A stretch of 63,832 nt of DNA, from NCBI RefSeq assembly GCF_001194135.2, contig NC_068993.1, positions 13,067,427 to 13,131,258 of the forward strand, written 5' to 3'. The notes below the pieces were generated by a model, which did no database searches, was not told the origin of the DNA, and worked only from the letters and a program-made list of their open reading frames with translations. Shown here piece by piece: positions 1 through 13,350 of this stretch (its first letter is position 1; the number at the start of each line of letters is the position of its first letter). The position numbers and the translations under genes were made by a program. This stretch comes from Octopus bimaculoides. Taxonomy: Eukaryota.

Positions 1-42
1 ATATATATATATATACAATCATAGTGATATCAATTACATATA

Positions 43-103
43 AATACATGCAACCCAGTAAATGGACGTAATACATGCAACCCAGTAAATGGACATAATA
101 CAT
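43..103. repeat. 27-bp tandem duplication (aatacatgcaacccagtaaatggacRt x2 plus partial)
   Basis: Units 43-69 and 70-96 differ at one base. Confidence 0.9.
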
Positions 104-638
104 ACACCCGTATCCATCCAACCACATACACACACACTGACTAACAATTATATGCAAACTCACACGTGAAACCTAGAAGGACGGAACACATATATACCCA
201 ACCGCACACACAAACACGCAACCTCATGCGCAACGTACATACTCACTCAGACAAGCAGACAGGCGGTCAGAAAGGATGTGGGATTAAGGAGGGTAAGATG
301 GTGTGTCAAGGTTCAACGCCAAATGAAGGGGTTCCGGAAATTTCATTAAACCATCCGGTTTCTGTTCATAGGAAGAGGGAGGGGGCAAGGGAGATTATCA
401 TGAAACTCTAACCTTGACTAGAGTTAGGATTCTGGCTTAAGATTAGTCATCCCAGGTATGTACGACAAGCTATTTAAGGGGGTCATAGGTTGCTTATGGT
501 CCTTAAGGGGCACTCGTAAAACAAAAATCATTGGCGTTTGATATCAGATAAAGTTAATAAAATTAGAAGCAATATATATCGGACTTTAATTTCCTTTCTC
601 ACTCGCAATTGCACTGCTTCATGTGTTTCGATCAATCT

Positions 639-825
639 ACATATCTATCTATCTATCTACATACATATCTACATATCTCTCGACACATCTATCTAGCTAT
701 TTCCCACTCTTTTTCTCAGTCTTATTTTATGTCTACCTCAATATGAATTTGTGCGCACGCTTGTGTATGTATGTATGTATGTATGTATGTATGTGTATAT
801 GTCTGTGTGTATATATCTGTGTGTG

Positions 826-880
<55 letters not shown>

Positions 881-1039
881 TACTGAGTCATCTTTGCTTT
901 ATGATTACTTGAAATTCAAGTGTCTCTGTGCCTACGTGTATATATATGTGAATGTCAGCGTATGTATGTATACACACATACACACAGGCTCGAATCTCTC
1001 ATTTATTTATTCATTTATTTATCTATGCATGTATATATG

Positions 1040-1088
<49 letters not shown>

Positions 1089-1090
1089 GC
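639..1090. repeat. Compound microsatellite block (TATC/TATG/TA)
   Basis: Directly visible; explains the overlapping low-complexity ORFs at 623-1135. Confidence 0.95.
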
Positions 1091-2798
1091 CTAACTTCGT
1101 TTTCCTTGTCTGAAGCAGTAAAGGAGTCTGATTGATCCCCAATAGCTTGCATATGTTGTCTTCTTTCGCATACATCACCTCAAATTAATCCAGGTCCGCG
1201 GTTCACGACGGCCTGGAGTTTGAAGCAGCTGTATATGACATCATTTACTATTTGGTAACATGTGACATTCGCTGAACTATCTTCTAAGCTGGCACCTGAC
1301 AGGCATTCATTTGAAGATTGATAAATTGTCTTCTTACAGCTATACATCCCTTATATTCCTCTATCTTCACTGTAGAAGCGATTGTGATAAAGCTTTCAGT
1401 TAAATGATATTGTTTTCTATTTTCTTTCTAATAGTTTATTTTATTACTTTTCTGTATTTCATTTCTATTTTAGAAAAGTTTATTTGTTTCACGAACAGTC
1501 GTCACATTTTCACAATTTTATTGTCTTATTTCACGCACACAGTCAAGAACGCATACATATACACACGTGTGTGTGTGTGTCTCTGTGCTCATGCATATAT
1601 ATTTGTATATATGTGAACGTACGCATGTATGTAACGTGTATATATATATATATATATATATANNNNNNNNNNTATATAAACAAGCGTATGTGTTTATATA
1701 GTGAACGGCTTTTCTTTCAATCATTTTACAGTGAAGTTACGACTTTGTTCAAGTTTAATCTCTCATATTAAAAACTTTTCATATTTCATTATTTGTCATT
1801 TATGCTTAATTTGAAACAATAACGTTCCATTAACATTTCAAAGCTTTTTCGCCCCATTTTTTCTGTATGAATTGAATATAGCAGTAACTTGTCACGTTTT
1901 GTAAGATGCGACAAGGGATGCTGGGAATGATGTAGTTCTTGATGAAATCCACGTCACCGAATTTAAATACTTCAATTCCTAACTCCTCATTTCTTTCAAA
2001 GCAATGGCTTTTGTCTTGTATATTGCAATGGCTAACACTTCCATAGTGAATATAGATTTTCTTTATCGAATGGTTATTTTACCAACATTTTCTATCTATA
2101 TTGGTTTGATATGATGGCGCTGACGTGTAAATTCGTACTTAATAGACAGTAAAGTGTCGTACTTTACGTGTGTCGAAGTTTATAACTCTCATGCTTAACT
2201 GAAATTTCGTTATTACTTTGATTGTTGAAGTACGTAATTCGCAAGTTTGTAGTTTCATGTTGAGACGAATCTTTTCTTTTAATTATGGTATTTTGTAATA
2301 TAATATTAATGATTTTCTAATTAGGTTGTTTTCTGTTTATGAGGTTATTATTATGACGTGTTAATCAGTTCTACAACTAGGATGCAAATGCTTTATCTAG
2401 TGTGTTATATTTGCATTCTATTTTTACTTCATAAAGGATATAAAATAATGTTAGTGGTATCATCTGTGTAGCAGTTAGTTTTGAGGCAATGACAAGTTGA
2501 TGTATTTGAGAAAGAGTGTTGGGCACAAAATGAAATCCGAGGATACACTATGGTTGATGTAGTGTAGGTCAATCAGTTCATTGTATGATGACGCGATCTG
2601 ACAAAGGACAGAAATCACTGTAGCATACTTACAGATATATAGACACACATAAATATGCGTTTGGGCACACGGATAAATCCACTCTCACACACACACACAC
2701 ACACTTAGACTTATACAGGCGAGATGTGTGCAAATCATAATATAAACACGAGGAGAAAAGGAGAGAAAGCGAGAAAGAAAGAGACAGAGATAAAGAAG

Positions 2799-2801
<3 letters not shown>

Positions 2802-2890
<89 letters not shown>
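2802..2890. repeat. (GA)n microsatellite
   Basis: Pure GA run of ~89 nt. Confidence 0.98.
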
Positions 2891-2894
<4 letters not shown>

Positions 2895-4139
2895 ACGCTA
2901 GAAGCTGACTTTGAAGCATATTAAATTGTGAGAGGAACAATCCGTGATTGGTAGTCTTGGTGGTTAAAAGCAATCGGAAGTGCCTTCCCATTTAGCATAC
3001 ATCGGGTGGGCAATGCTGCTGCTGGAGCAGAAAAATGTATTTTTAGAATAGTTTCCTTTAGTAAGTGGATTTCAGGCCAGTAAATATGAATGTTTTCTCC
3101 GTTTTAGAATTGAAGAAAATGGAGATTCCAGTAAGCTAGTAGAGTTATATTAATTTATTATATATTATTTTATCTATTTAATTATTTATTGGTAAACACC
3201 GAAAGAATCAGCTTCATTTACGAAAATGGAAGGGATCGCAGGTTGTGAGATAAATGGAAGCATCTTTCGCGGTACCAGATTATGTGGATTACGGTCTTGA
3301 AGAAGTTATAGGGCTTGAGAAAACAGTACCACTTTGTAGGAATGGGTTATTTTGTCCAATGTTTGAAGGTCGTGTTCTATGCCTGAAAGACTGTACGTTA
3401 TACAGTTATGAATGAAAGAACGCGGAACCCTTAAATCTTTCAAATGGATGCGGTGTGAAAAGCTTTAGAGGGTGGATTCAGTCACTCGACTAGGTGTTTC
3501 TATTGGGATAGGTTACCATACCAACGATAGTATAGACAAATACAGGTATATCAATTTATTAATTGCTGGTAGGGACACAGTATTTCGTTTTGAAATCACA
3601 GTATACTACCAAGTATATTAAAGAGTTATAAGTTACTACTGTCTTACTTTTGTGTTAGCAGTGCATTGTTTTCTTTCGTTTCAATTGAAACTTACAGATG
3701 TTCTGTAGATTTTAGAGCCAACCCTGGAATTTACGGTGTTCCGTATACGAATATGCATTCGTAAACGAAACATCGTAACTTTCAGTCCTAGCTTTAAATT
3801 CTATAGAAAATCTGTAGAGATAATATTAAAAATGGGGTATATCAAATACTATGAAACAGTCTTTATTTATTAAAATCATCTCCCCTTCCTCCACCTAAGA
3901 GAATGTGCCATAATTATGAAACAGCAAAGAGCAGCTTCGCTTGGGAAGGTCAGATAACCTCATGAGTCAAGAATTGCCAAAAATTCGCATGCTATTTTTG
4001 TAAAAGGGCAGGCTTGCTGTCCGTGGATGTCATGGCCTCGATATTTCTGGCGAAGTTTTAACTAATCAACTATGCATTGTTGGAGATTTGTGCATTGCAT
4101 TGTATAATGATGGGCGTTGGGCAGTTGCTAAGAATTAGG

Positions 4140-4690
4140 AAGATGGCTATTTAAACGTTTGAAGGCGATCAAACGTTATGGCTCGGTTAAAGATGTGAGC
4201 AGGCACAGACTAGTTGGTATAAGGCTGAAGATTGCTAAAACTTCGGCTTCTGGAATGGTAGCATCAATTTCAGTTGAGTTCGTGGCCGAGTTTTACCTGG
4301 TCAGCTGGCATGATATTTTATATATTACTGAAGGTTTGGACGTTGCATTTCACGAAGTGCAGTGAGGATGATGACTGGTTAGACACTGGGTTTGGAGGTG
4401 ATCAAGGGTTAGGCCTCGGTTGAAGATGTGAGCAGGCAACGAGACTAGTTGGTATAGGGCTGAGATTGCTAAAACTTCGGCTGCAGGACTGGTAGCATCA
4501 ATTTCGGTTCGAAGAATATACGCAGTGATGAAATCACCGAGGACGATATATCCAGAGAGTAGCAAAATGAAATAGATGTCCTCCATACAGAATAAGATAT
4601 GGTAGAAGAGTTGATGTGTGTTAGAGGAGCTCGGAGAGCGGTAGAGGAACCAGGAGGTTTGATGTGCCTACTGTCTATCTATAGGAAGGG
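4140..4690 (-). mobile_element. Decayed non-LTR retrotransposon (LINE) apurinic-like endonuclease fragment
   Basis: Minus strand reads ...YRSPSSN.., ..YIVLGDF.. and ..AEVLAISALYQLVSLP.., resembling APE-domain motifs (YRPP, GDFN, LxQLV) of CR1/Jockey/I-type LINEs. Frameshifted, and GC-richer than its flanks. Confidence 0.6.
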
Positions 4691-5699
4691 AGTGAAAGTG
4701 GGGTGTTAGATATAAAGTAAAAGGCAGGAATCAAGTAGGAATAGTCAGCGACAGAAACAGACAGTTCAAAGACGTTATGTCTGAAATACTCAAGAGACAA
4801 AGTGTAAAAAAGACACACGGAAAGTATAGTATGGTGGGTGGTAAGCTAAATGAGTGGTCGTTAGGTGAGTGGTGATTGATGGGCACAGTGGGAGCAAACG
4901 AGACAGTGGTTAGGGGCTTCTGATAACAGTTATACACATTACACACGTACACCCACCCACAAATATATATTTGTATGAGTGTGTATATTTATAATCATAC
5001 ACGTACATATGTGTGTGTGTACAAATATACATGTACACACACACACATATATATATATACATACATACACATACACATATATATATATATACACATTTAC
5101 ACACACACACNNNNNNNNNNNNNNNNNNNNNNNNNNNNNNNNNNNNNNNATATATATATATATATATATACGTATACACACACACACCTGTATATATATG
5201 TATACACACTCACAAGTACACAAGCACAGACATGCGCACACGCTTGCACGCAGAAGTGATATGTATCCGTACCTGCAGATGCATACACGTACGTAAATTT
5301 TGTTGTGCGAGTGTTTATAATTTGTGTGAGTGTTTATACTGGCTTAAATAAACTGGGAAGATTTCTATAATCTTAGAAGACCTACCCAGTTGTCGGTTTC
5401 TGATCTAACTCTTCCTTCCCCGCAAGGAGACTAAAGCCATACATGTACTTACAAACGCACGTTTTCACATGCACACACACACGCACAAACTATCAGTGTG
5501 GCTCGTATGCTTCGAAGTTTCGCCGGCATCGGATTCTCAGTTTCTTGGTTTTTTTTTTTTTTTTTTTCTATGGTAAAAATTTCGAAATAAAAAAAATCAC
5601 CATTTACAATAAACATTAATTTGAAACTACAAGTCTTTTGCCTTTTGTTCAATGTGCATGTTGACCGTACTCTACTACACTGACGATCCATTTCGGCTA

Positions 5700-5783
5700 A
5701 TGTAGAAGACACTTGCCCAAAGTGCCACGCAGTGGGACTGAACCCGGGACCATGTGGCTAGTAAGCACACAGCCACTCCTGAA
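5700..5783 (-). mobile_element. SINE family A, head fragment
   Basis: gaagacacttgcccaaagtgccacgcagtgggactgaacccgg matches the reverse complement of the family A head. Confidence 0.85.
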
Positions 5784-6147
5784 GTTTTCTGTTTGAATCT
5801 AATCAAGTAAATGAATGCAAGCAACAAACCAGATTTTAATATAAATCCTCCAATTTTTATGGAGCATCTCTAGCGTAGTTATGGGTAGATTTATATCGGT
5901 TGATCCTAGTAATTCACAATAGGGAAAAGCTCAACAAATGAGGATAGACTATAGAAATTGGGGTGGAGAGCCTAGACTGATGGAGTGTTATGTTGTCAAC
6001 CAACGGTTTAGGTAGTAGCTTAAAGAGTTTTGACCCTCCTTCCCAACTTCAACATCTTGGACATTAATGTACTCTTAATCCATAGTGGCCATTTCCATCA
6101 ATGGCAAGGATAATTGGATTTTTTTTTTCATTCTCTTCTCACGTAGT

Positions 6148-6398
6148 GGAGGTGCATGGCTTAGTGGTTGGGGTGTCAGCATCATGATCGTAAGATTGTG
6201 GTTTCGCTTCCTGGACCGGGCGACGCGTTGTGTTCTTGAGCAAAACACTTCATTTCACGTTGCTCCAGTCCACTCAGCTGGCAAAAATGAGTAACGCTTC
6301 GATGGACTGGCGTCCCGTCCAGCTGGAGAACACGTACGCCATTGAAACTTGGAAACCGGGCCCAAGAGTCTGGCTAGGCTTTAAAAGGGCGCATTTAT
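6148..6398 (+). mobile_element. SINE family B (tRNA-derived), near full length
   Basis: A-box-like tggcttagtgg, B-box-like ggtttcgcttcc, conserved ttgagcaaaacact box, tail ggctttaaaagggcgc. Homologous to copies at 20340, 59555 and 63302. Confidence 0.85.
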
Positions 6399-6935
6399 AA
6401 AAAAAAAATCTTCTCACGTAGCGCGATATTATTATTTCTATTCTTTCGTATATGTGTGAGTGTGAGTACGTGTGCATATACATACGTACATATAGATTTT
6501 GTTAGCATATTGCAACTACTTATTTCTAGCAGGTCGAACGAACATTAACTTAAAGGCTTTTTCGGACTGTGACACAGCAGTAGGTGTGCGGCGGATGACA
6601 TTTCACGTGAGAAAATCGACTCCAGTCTCCTGTGTAAACTTTGTAATACTCCAGTGTCACCGTTTGTCATGTGGCTTTGGGAAACAAAATTAAGGATATC
6701 TCGATCCTTTCCAAACATGACTCTGACCTCTGGCACCAACACAATTTATGCTTTTTGTTTTATATTTTTTCTTTCATTTATCTAAACGTACATTACTCTC
6801 CGCACACCACACACACACTCTCACTCTCTCTTTCTCCCTCCCTCCCTCTCTCTCTCTCTATTTTTTTCCCCTTTTTATCTTTTCCTCTCCAATGGTGTTT
6901 GATATTTTATGTTTGTATTTTAAATCCTCAAACAT

Positions 6936-6981
<46 letters not shown>

Positions 6982-7230
6982 CCTCCTCCTCCTCTCTCCT
7001 CTCTCTTTCTCTCTGCAATTTTTCGCCCTTCCTTTTTCCAGCAGTATTTGTTTCTCAGTTTGTGTTTGTGTGTTTATGCTTATGTATGTGTGTACGCAGA
7101 AAAATATGCACCCCCTCCAAATCACGTGCATATACAAATTCACATATATACATATATACACGCATATTCATATGCGCGAATACAAATACACATGTATACA
7201 AACACATATACGTTTAGACATCACATCTAA

Positions 7231-7267
<37 letters not shown>

Positions 7268-7278
7268 AATATTACTGC

Positions 7279-7554
7279 GGCACTCCATCGTTTACGACGA
7301 CGTGGGTTCTAGTTGATCCATTCAACGGAAGAGCCTGCTCGTGGAATTAGCGTGCAAGTAGCTGAGCGCTCCACAGACACGTGTACCCTTAACGTAGTTC
7401 TCTGGGAGATTCAGCATGACACAGTGTGACAAGGCTGGCCCTTTGAANNNNNNNNNNGTTCTCTGGGAGATTCAGCATGACACAGTGTGACAAGGCTGGC
7501 CCTTTGAAATACAGGTACAACAAAAAGAGGAAGAAAGAGTGAGAGAAAGTTGTG
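7279..7554 (-). mobile_element. SINE 3' portion (family-B-related tail) spanning a 10-N gap
   Basis: Recalled cephalopod repeat tail (ctccacagacacgtgtacccttaacgtagttctc...ggccctttgaaatacaggtacaac). A 51-nt segment is repeated on both sides of the gap. Confidence 0.6.
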
Positions 7555-7555
7555 T

Positions 7556-7703
7556 CAACATTCCCATAACTTAGCGGTTCGGCAAAGAGGAACGATAGAA
7601 TAATTTGTAGGCTTACAAAAGAATCAACTTTAGGGGTCGATTTCTTCGACTGAAGGTGGTCCTCCAGCATGACTGTACTCAAATGACTGAAACAAATAAA
7701 AGA
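7556..7703 (+). mobile_element. SINE family A, 3' half
   Basis: ataacttagcggttcggcaaa...ccagcatg..aaatgactgaaacaaataaaag matches the 3' half of the copies at 12158 and 23310. Confidence 0.85.
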
Positions 7704-8530
7704 AAAAAATATATATGTGTGCGCGCGTGTGTGTGTGTGTGTGTGTGTGTGTGTTTATTAATTTTACCTATTCTGTATACAAACATATATATACATATAT
7801 ATATATAATTCGCGGACACACTCCATTGTATCCGCTGTTTGTTTTACATTCTAATAGCATCGAATATGTATTATCAAGTTTTATAACATTTTGTCAGGCA
7901 TCAACGACCTCTATATACTGTACAACTATTCCGACATTCCGCTATTCCACTACATTTCATGCTGTGGAATAATAATGTTTGCGACCAGAACGAAAGATTT
8001 TGATATTTAATAATATATAATACAGTGGTGTATTTGTCAAACCAAGCTGATCGTTCGTCCTGTTTGATGTTTCATGTATAATGATCGTTTGATGCCAAAA
8101 TACACTGAAGTGTCTGTAATAGGACACATATGGTACATACATACACATACAAATATATACAATTAAATACATATATGATGTATGTGTGTGTGTGTGTGTG
8201 TGTAGATGTAGATATATGTGAATAGGTGAAATATATATATATATATATATATATATAACTAAATAATTTGAAACTAAATAGTTCTTAATATCATAGCGTA
8301 TTTAAACAATAGTGAATATCATGATATAGAGCGGCTCCAGTAGCTACTATGATTGTAACGCGATGTACTTGTTTCGGCTTTCCGAATATCATTTACGATT
8401 ACGTTACACACACACACACACGCACACGCGCGGACACACACGCACACGCACACATACACACACACACACACTAAGCTGGATAGCTAGTCAGGTACATTTG
8501 AGTCTGTGCACGTGTGCGTATACCGTTTAC

Positions 8531-8818
8531 CCTTTACTTCTTGTTTCAGTCACTTGACTGCGGCCATGCTGGGGCACCGCCTTGAAGAATTTTCGTCGAA
8601 CGAATAGTTCCCAGTACATATTTTTTTAAAAGCCTGGTACTTTTTTTTATTGGTGTCTTTTTTCCGCACTGATAAGTCATGGCGACGTAAGCACCCCTAC
8701 ACTGGTCGTCAAGTAGTGATGGGGACAAACACACACACACACACTGGTGCTGCACAATGGAGCTGAACCCGGAACCATGTGGTTCAGAAGAAAACTTGTA
8801 ACTGCACAGCCACATCTA
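8531..8818 (-). mobile_element. SINE family A, internally deleted copy
   Basis: Tail ttgtttcagtcacttgactgcggccatgctgg, (CA)n, then head remnant ctgaacccggaaccatgtgg. Confidence 0.85.
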
Positions 8819-9792
8819 TTTTTCATTAACTTTTAAAGAATTATTGATTAATTAAAGAAAGAAAGGATAAGTTTTAACCGGCTGCTGCTTTGAAATAATA
8901 CATGTATTCATAAATACGTATATAATCAAGTATATCTACACCACACCAAGAAACAACCACAGCGATTTAAATTATATTTGCCACTTGCATATCTAGAGGA
9001 CTCTACCAGCGTTAGATGGTCTCAATGTTGTTTGCGTAACTATGAGCTCTAAGTTATCGTACATAGCCGTTTCTGGCGTCTTACGTGTTGATGTGCCTCG
9101 ATTTTAATGAATCCTGATAGATCATAATCACACCGGAGAAACTACTGCACAGTTTCCACAGACAAATGTTTCCTCGGAGTCATTGCATAACATGCTAGTC
9201 CGAAGTTCAGCAGTGGATAGTGACATCGAACACAGAAACAAGAAGCGTGAATCGAATTCCTTAATTATGTAACCAAGAATGCGCCCATATATGCATATGT
9301 CTGTATATGTGTATATGTACTGAGAGTCTGTAAAATTCATTAATCAAGGCAAACATATACACAGTTTTATGGAATATCACTCAATATACATACATACATA
9401 CATACAAACTTACATACATGCAAACACATAAACCTTCTAGATATTTACCCATCACTAACGTTCTGTGCGCTTTAATTATCTCCTGGAAATCGCCACATTT
9501 CACATGAACTCAGCTAAATAATAATGAAGCAAGAATTTTTCCATAAAATTCAATGATATTGAACTGTTTGCATCGATTAACCTATTTATTGATTTTTGGT
9601 CGATACCCCGTATCTCATTAAATAGATTTTCAAACCTTCTTTACTGTTGTGTCGCAGCATCAAATACAATCATTTTGGTATTTCACGCACCCCACATTCG
9701 CTATATATCTTTTTCCACTTTTTCATCAATCAATTTATCAGTCACTCACTCAATCTATCTATCTATCTATCTATCTATCGTTATGCACATAC

Positions 9793-9842
<50 letters not shown>

Positions 9843-9947
9843 TTACACACACACATATANNNNNNNNNNNNNNNNNNNNNNNNNNNNNNNNNNNNNNNNN
9901 NNNNNNNNNNNNNNNNNNNNNNNNNNNNNNNNNNNNNNNNNNNNNNN

Positions 9948-9990
<43 letters not shown>

Positions 9991-10345
9991 GTGCTTGTGT
10001 CTATACATATATATAGAGAGAGAGACACACAAACACATACATACATACATAGATATATATTTATCACGTGCATAAACCTGTCATCTCTGTATATGTGTGA
10101 AGAACAATTCTGGCTTTTGCCGTTTGCATATGTAAATGAGGGAGAGAGACAGACAGACAGAAAGAGCATAAAATATATGCATGCATATAGACACCAAGAA
10201 AAGTGTCTATGACAATTTCTATTTTGTGTTGTTTTTGTTTGTTCTTTCTTTTCTTTTCTCTTTTTTATTTTTCAGTTTTGCTCAATGATAAATATAATGA
10301 TTGCTAAACATAAACACTATACTGAAAATTTAGAGCAAGGTCTAA

Positions 10346-10508
10346 TCAATTGTATCGACCCTAGCACTTGACTGCTACTTTATTTTATCGAGTCCCGGAA
10401 GGATGAAAGGTAAAGTTCACTTAGGCAGGATTTGAACTCCAAAACGTAAAGAGCCGGGACAAATACTGCCAGGCATTTTCCCGACGCTCTAATGATTCTG
10501 TCAATCCT
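10346..10508 (-). mobile_element. SINE family D
   Basis: ttatcgagtcccggaaggatgaaaggtaaagtt..atttgaactc matches the copy at 33262-33475. Confidence 0.8.
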
Positions 10509-10542
10509 TAATAAAAAGAGAAAGTGTTTAGTAGAGAATGCA

Positions 10543-10596
<54 letters not shown>

Positions 10597-11674
10597 GAGA
10601 GAGAGAGAGGGGGAATAGGAAGACAGAAAGAACAACAGAATGAACGAACCAATTATATAAGTATGTGTATGGATGAGGAGGACTGTAAATTTTATGCCCT
10701 GGGGCCATTTTAGTGGGACTTACTCATCATCAATTAAGCTTTAATTAACTAAAAATGTGACTTCTTAGATTGTCTTCTCGTTATGACGTGCATCAGCTGC
10801 TGGCAAAGTGGATATCGTGTGTTTGTGTGTGCATATGTTTTGCCTTTGCGTTTGAGCATGTGTTCATGTGTGTTAGTGTTAGTGTATGGTCTGTGTTCGT
10901 GTAATTGTGAGTATGTTACATGATGTGCTTTGGCGTTGCTTGATTGTATGTATGCGTGTGTGTGTGTGTGTGTATGCACGAACGTCTCTCTGTCTAGCTT
11001 TCTCTTTCTTTCTTTCTTTCTCTCTTTATCTGTTACCCTTTGTACATAGAATGTGTGCAATGGCGATTAGGTGGGGGGGGGTGAACAATGGAAGCGTTGG
11101 CCCTTGTCATATGACTACTACAAGCTTAGCAAAATGTAAAACGAGGGGTGTGGTGTCACCTGCACGAGTGAAATACGAGACAAGTCACACACCTACACAA
11201 TGTGACACAAGTAAGATTGGGTAGTAATGGCCTGAGTAGTGGTGGGCGCGGCGGTGGTGACAGTGGCGCCGTGGCGGCGGTGGCAGAGGTGGTGGAGTTA
11301 TTGATAATGCCAACAACGATTGTTTGTAGTAATGAATTTGGTTGCTGGTTATATTTGTAATGTTAAGTGTAATATTAATGGTGTTGGTGGCAGTGGTGTA
11401 AGTGATAATGGTGGGATTAGTAGTGGTGGCAACGTAGTAGTAGTGGTAGTAGTGGTGGTAGTAGTAGTAGTTTTTTGTTGTTATTGATGTAAGAGAAGTC
11501 TTGTTGTTGTTAGCTCTTTTGGTGTTCGTAGTGACAGTGATGAATGTGGCAGTGTTGTTCATCGAGAACGTGGTGGCGCTAGCGATGATACTAATGGTAA
11601 AGCTGAGTCTGGTTTGATCTCATTGGAGACAATAACCTCTTATTAGTGCGTGGTAAGGTGTCTAAAAGGTGAAC

Positions 11675-12055
11675 GGGGAGAAACAGTAGCGTGCCGGATT
11701 AAATGCCTCCCAGTAGTTGGTTGTTTCCCTTTATGTTCTGAATTCAAAATCCCGCCGGCTTTAAGTTTGTCTTTCATCTTTCCAAAATCGATATAAATAA
11801 GTATCAGTGAAGATCAAGCTTCGAATAAATCGATTAGCCTCTCCTGTAAATTTGTGGCTTACCGCCAAATAAAGAAATCAAGGGCGGTGGATTGGCAAAA
11901 TCTGATTATACAACGTCGGACTAAATGGACTACGGGGTTTCTTCCGGCTGTTTACGTTCTGATTTCAAATCCCACCGAGGTCAACTATCTTTCATCGTTT
12001 GGGAGTCAATAAAATAAAGTACCTGTCGAGTACTGATGCCGATGTTATTGACTAA
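11675..12055 (+). mobile_element. Two decayed tandem SINE family D copies (~11675-11815 and ~11881-12055)
   Basis: Each has tacgttctga.ttcaaatcc..cgagg...tttcatc.ttt...tcgat/aataaa..aagtac. Confidence 0.65.
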
Positions 12056-12157
12056 AGCAAAAAGTCAGACCTGTATTAGAAACACTGGCTAGTAGCGAGA
12101 TTTTTAACAGAGACACCAGGCCGCCAGTCTTGAGAAGGCGGCGGGGGAAGTCTATTA

Positions 12158-12314
12158 AGCGGCTGTGTGGTAAGTAGCTTGCTTACCAACCACATGGTTC
12201 CGGGTTCAGTCCCACTGCGTGGCATCTTGGGCAAGTGTTTTCTACTATAGCCTCGGGACGACCAAAGCCTTGTGAGTGGATTTGGTAGACGGAAACTGAA
12301 AGAAGCCCGTCGTA

Positions 12315-12357
<43 letters not shown>

Positions 12358-12556
12358 CTGTGTTTGTCCCCTCACCATCGCTTGACAATCGACGCTGGTT
12401 GTGTTTACGTCCCCGTAACCTAGCGGTTCGGCAAAAAGAGAACGTTAGAATAAGTACTAGGCTTACAAAGAATAAGTCCTGGGGGTCGATTTCCTCGACT
12501 AAAGGCGGTGCTCCAGCATGGCCGCAGTCAAATGACTGAAACGAGTAAAAGAGTAA
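12158..12556 (+). mobile_element. SINE family A, full length with internal (TA)n/(TG)n
   Basis: ggctgtgtggtaag head, B-box gggttcagtccc, CORE-like catcttgggcaagtg, internal microsatellite, tail gactgaaacgagtaaaagagtaa. Confidence 0.92.
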
Positions 12557-12953
12557 GTGTGTGACAGGTACTTTACGTTATCGATACCGAAATGAAAACT
12601 GATCTCTGGTGAATTTGAACTGAAAACGTATGCGTCAGGTAGTAACTGAATTCAATGAGCATCGTTATCCAACGTTCTAACAGTATTCGTCACTGAGTTG
12701 GCAGACTGAGTAGAGCAATGGACAAAATACATTGCTATTTTTCTTTTGGCCATTTACATCACGAGTTCATATTTTGGTCAGTTTTATCTTTCATTTATCC
12801 TGTATAAAGTGCCATTCATATATTGGGGTGAAGGGACTCGATTATTCACCACCTACTTAACGTCTGACCTTGTCTACATGTAAGAAATTATTTATATCAT
12901 TCACGCTGGTAATCTAAAATATGCCTACATTGATTATATGACTGTACAAAAGA

Positions 12954-12984
<31 letters not shown>

Positions 12985-13167
12985 NNNNNNNNNNNNNNNN
13001 NNNNNNNNNNNNNNNNNNNNNNNNNNNNNNNNNNNNNNNNNNNNNNNNNNNNNNNNNNNNNNNNNNNNNNNNNNNNNNNNNNNNNNNNNNNNNNNNNNNN
13101 NNNNNNNNNNNNNNNNNNNNNNNNNNNNNNNNNNNNNNNNNNNNNNNNNNNNNNNNNNNNNNNNNNN

Positions 13168-13310
13168 GATACAGATATTGTGTTACTCGACGCTCGGGAA
13201 AGGAAAGAAAGAGAATTTGACGTTTCGAGGGGAGCTCTTCGTCGGAAACATAGGAAAGTCCAAAGAAGGGAAGACGGAGGAAGAAAAGATCGCCAACGAT
13301 ATCCATGTGG

Positions 13311-13312
<2 letters not shown>
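13168..13312 (-). mobile_element. Penelope-like element terminal-repeat remnant
   Basis: Contains ccgacgaagag..ctcgaaacgtc, the CTGANGA..GAAACG pattern typical of PLE termini; ends in (TA)n. Confidence 0.55.
13215..13250 (-). ncRNA. Minimal type I hammerhead-ribozyme-like motif (core variant CCGACGA)
   Basis: Minus strand reads tttCCGACGA a GAG ctccc CTC GAAA cGUC aaa: 3-bp stem II, palindromic ACGU stem III, GUC cleavage triplet, short ttt/aaa stem I. Confidence 0.45.

Positions 13313-13350
<38 letters not shown>

Noticed and set aside
1190-1400. Possible 5' end of a decayed Tc1-like transposon
   Set aside because: Only a vague recollection of similar repeats; no TIR pair or translatable motif could be shown.
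3108-3130. 23-nt AG..GTAAGC micro-exon candidate, and an overlapping-region minus-strand candidate at 3712-3811
   Set aside because: Splice-like motifs of this strength are frequent in AT-rich DNA, and nothing independent links them to a gene.
7397-7508. Exact 51-bp direct repeat (7397-7447 / 7458-7508) that resembles a CRISPR repeat or tandem duplication
   Set aside because: The copies are identical and flank a 10-N gap, which is most likely an unmerged contig overlap.
9111-9271. Protein-like open frame (DHNHTGETTAQFPQTNVSSESLHNMLVRSSAVDSDIEHRNKKRESNSLIM*)
   Set aside because: No good pyrimidine tract before the only usable AG, no homology recognised, and ~50 open codons occur by chance.
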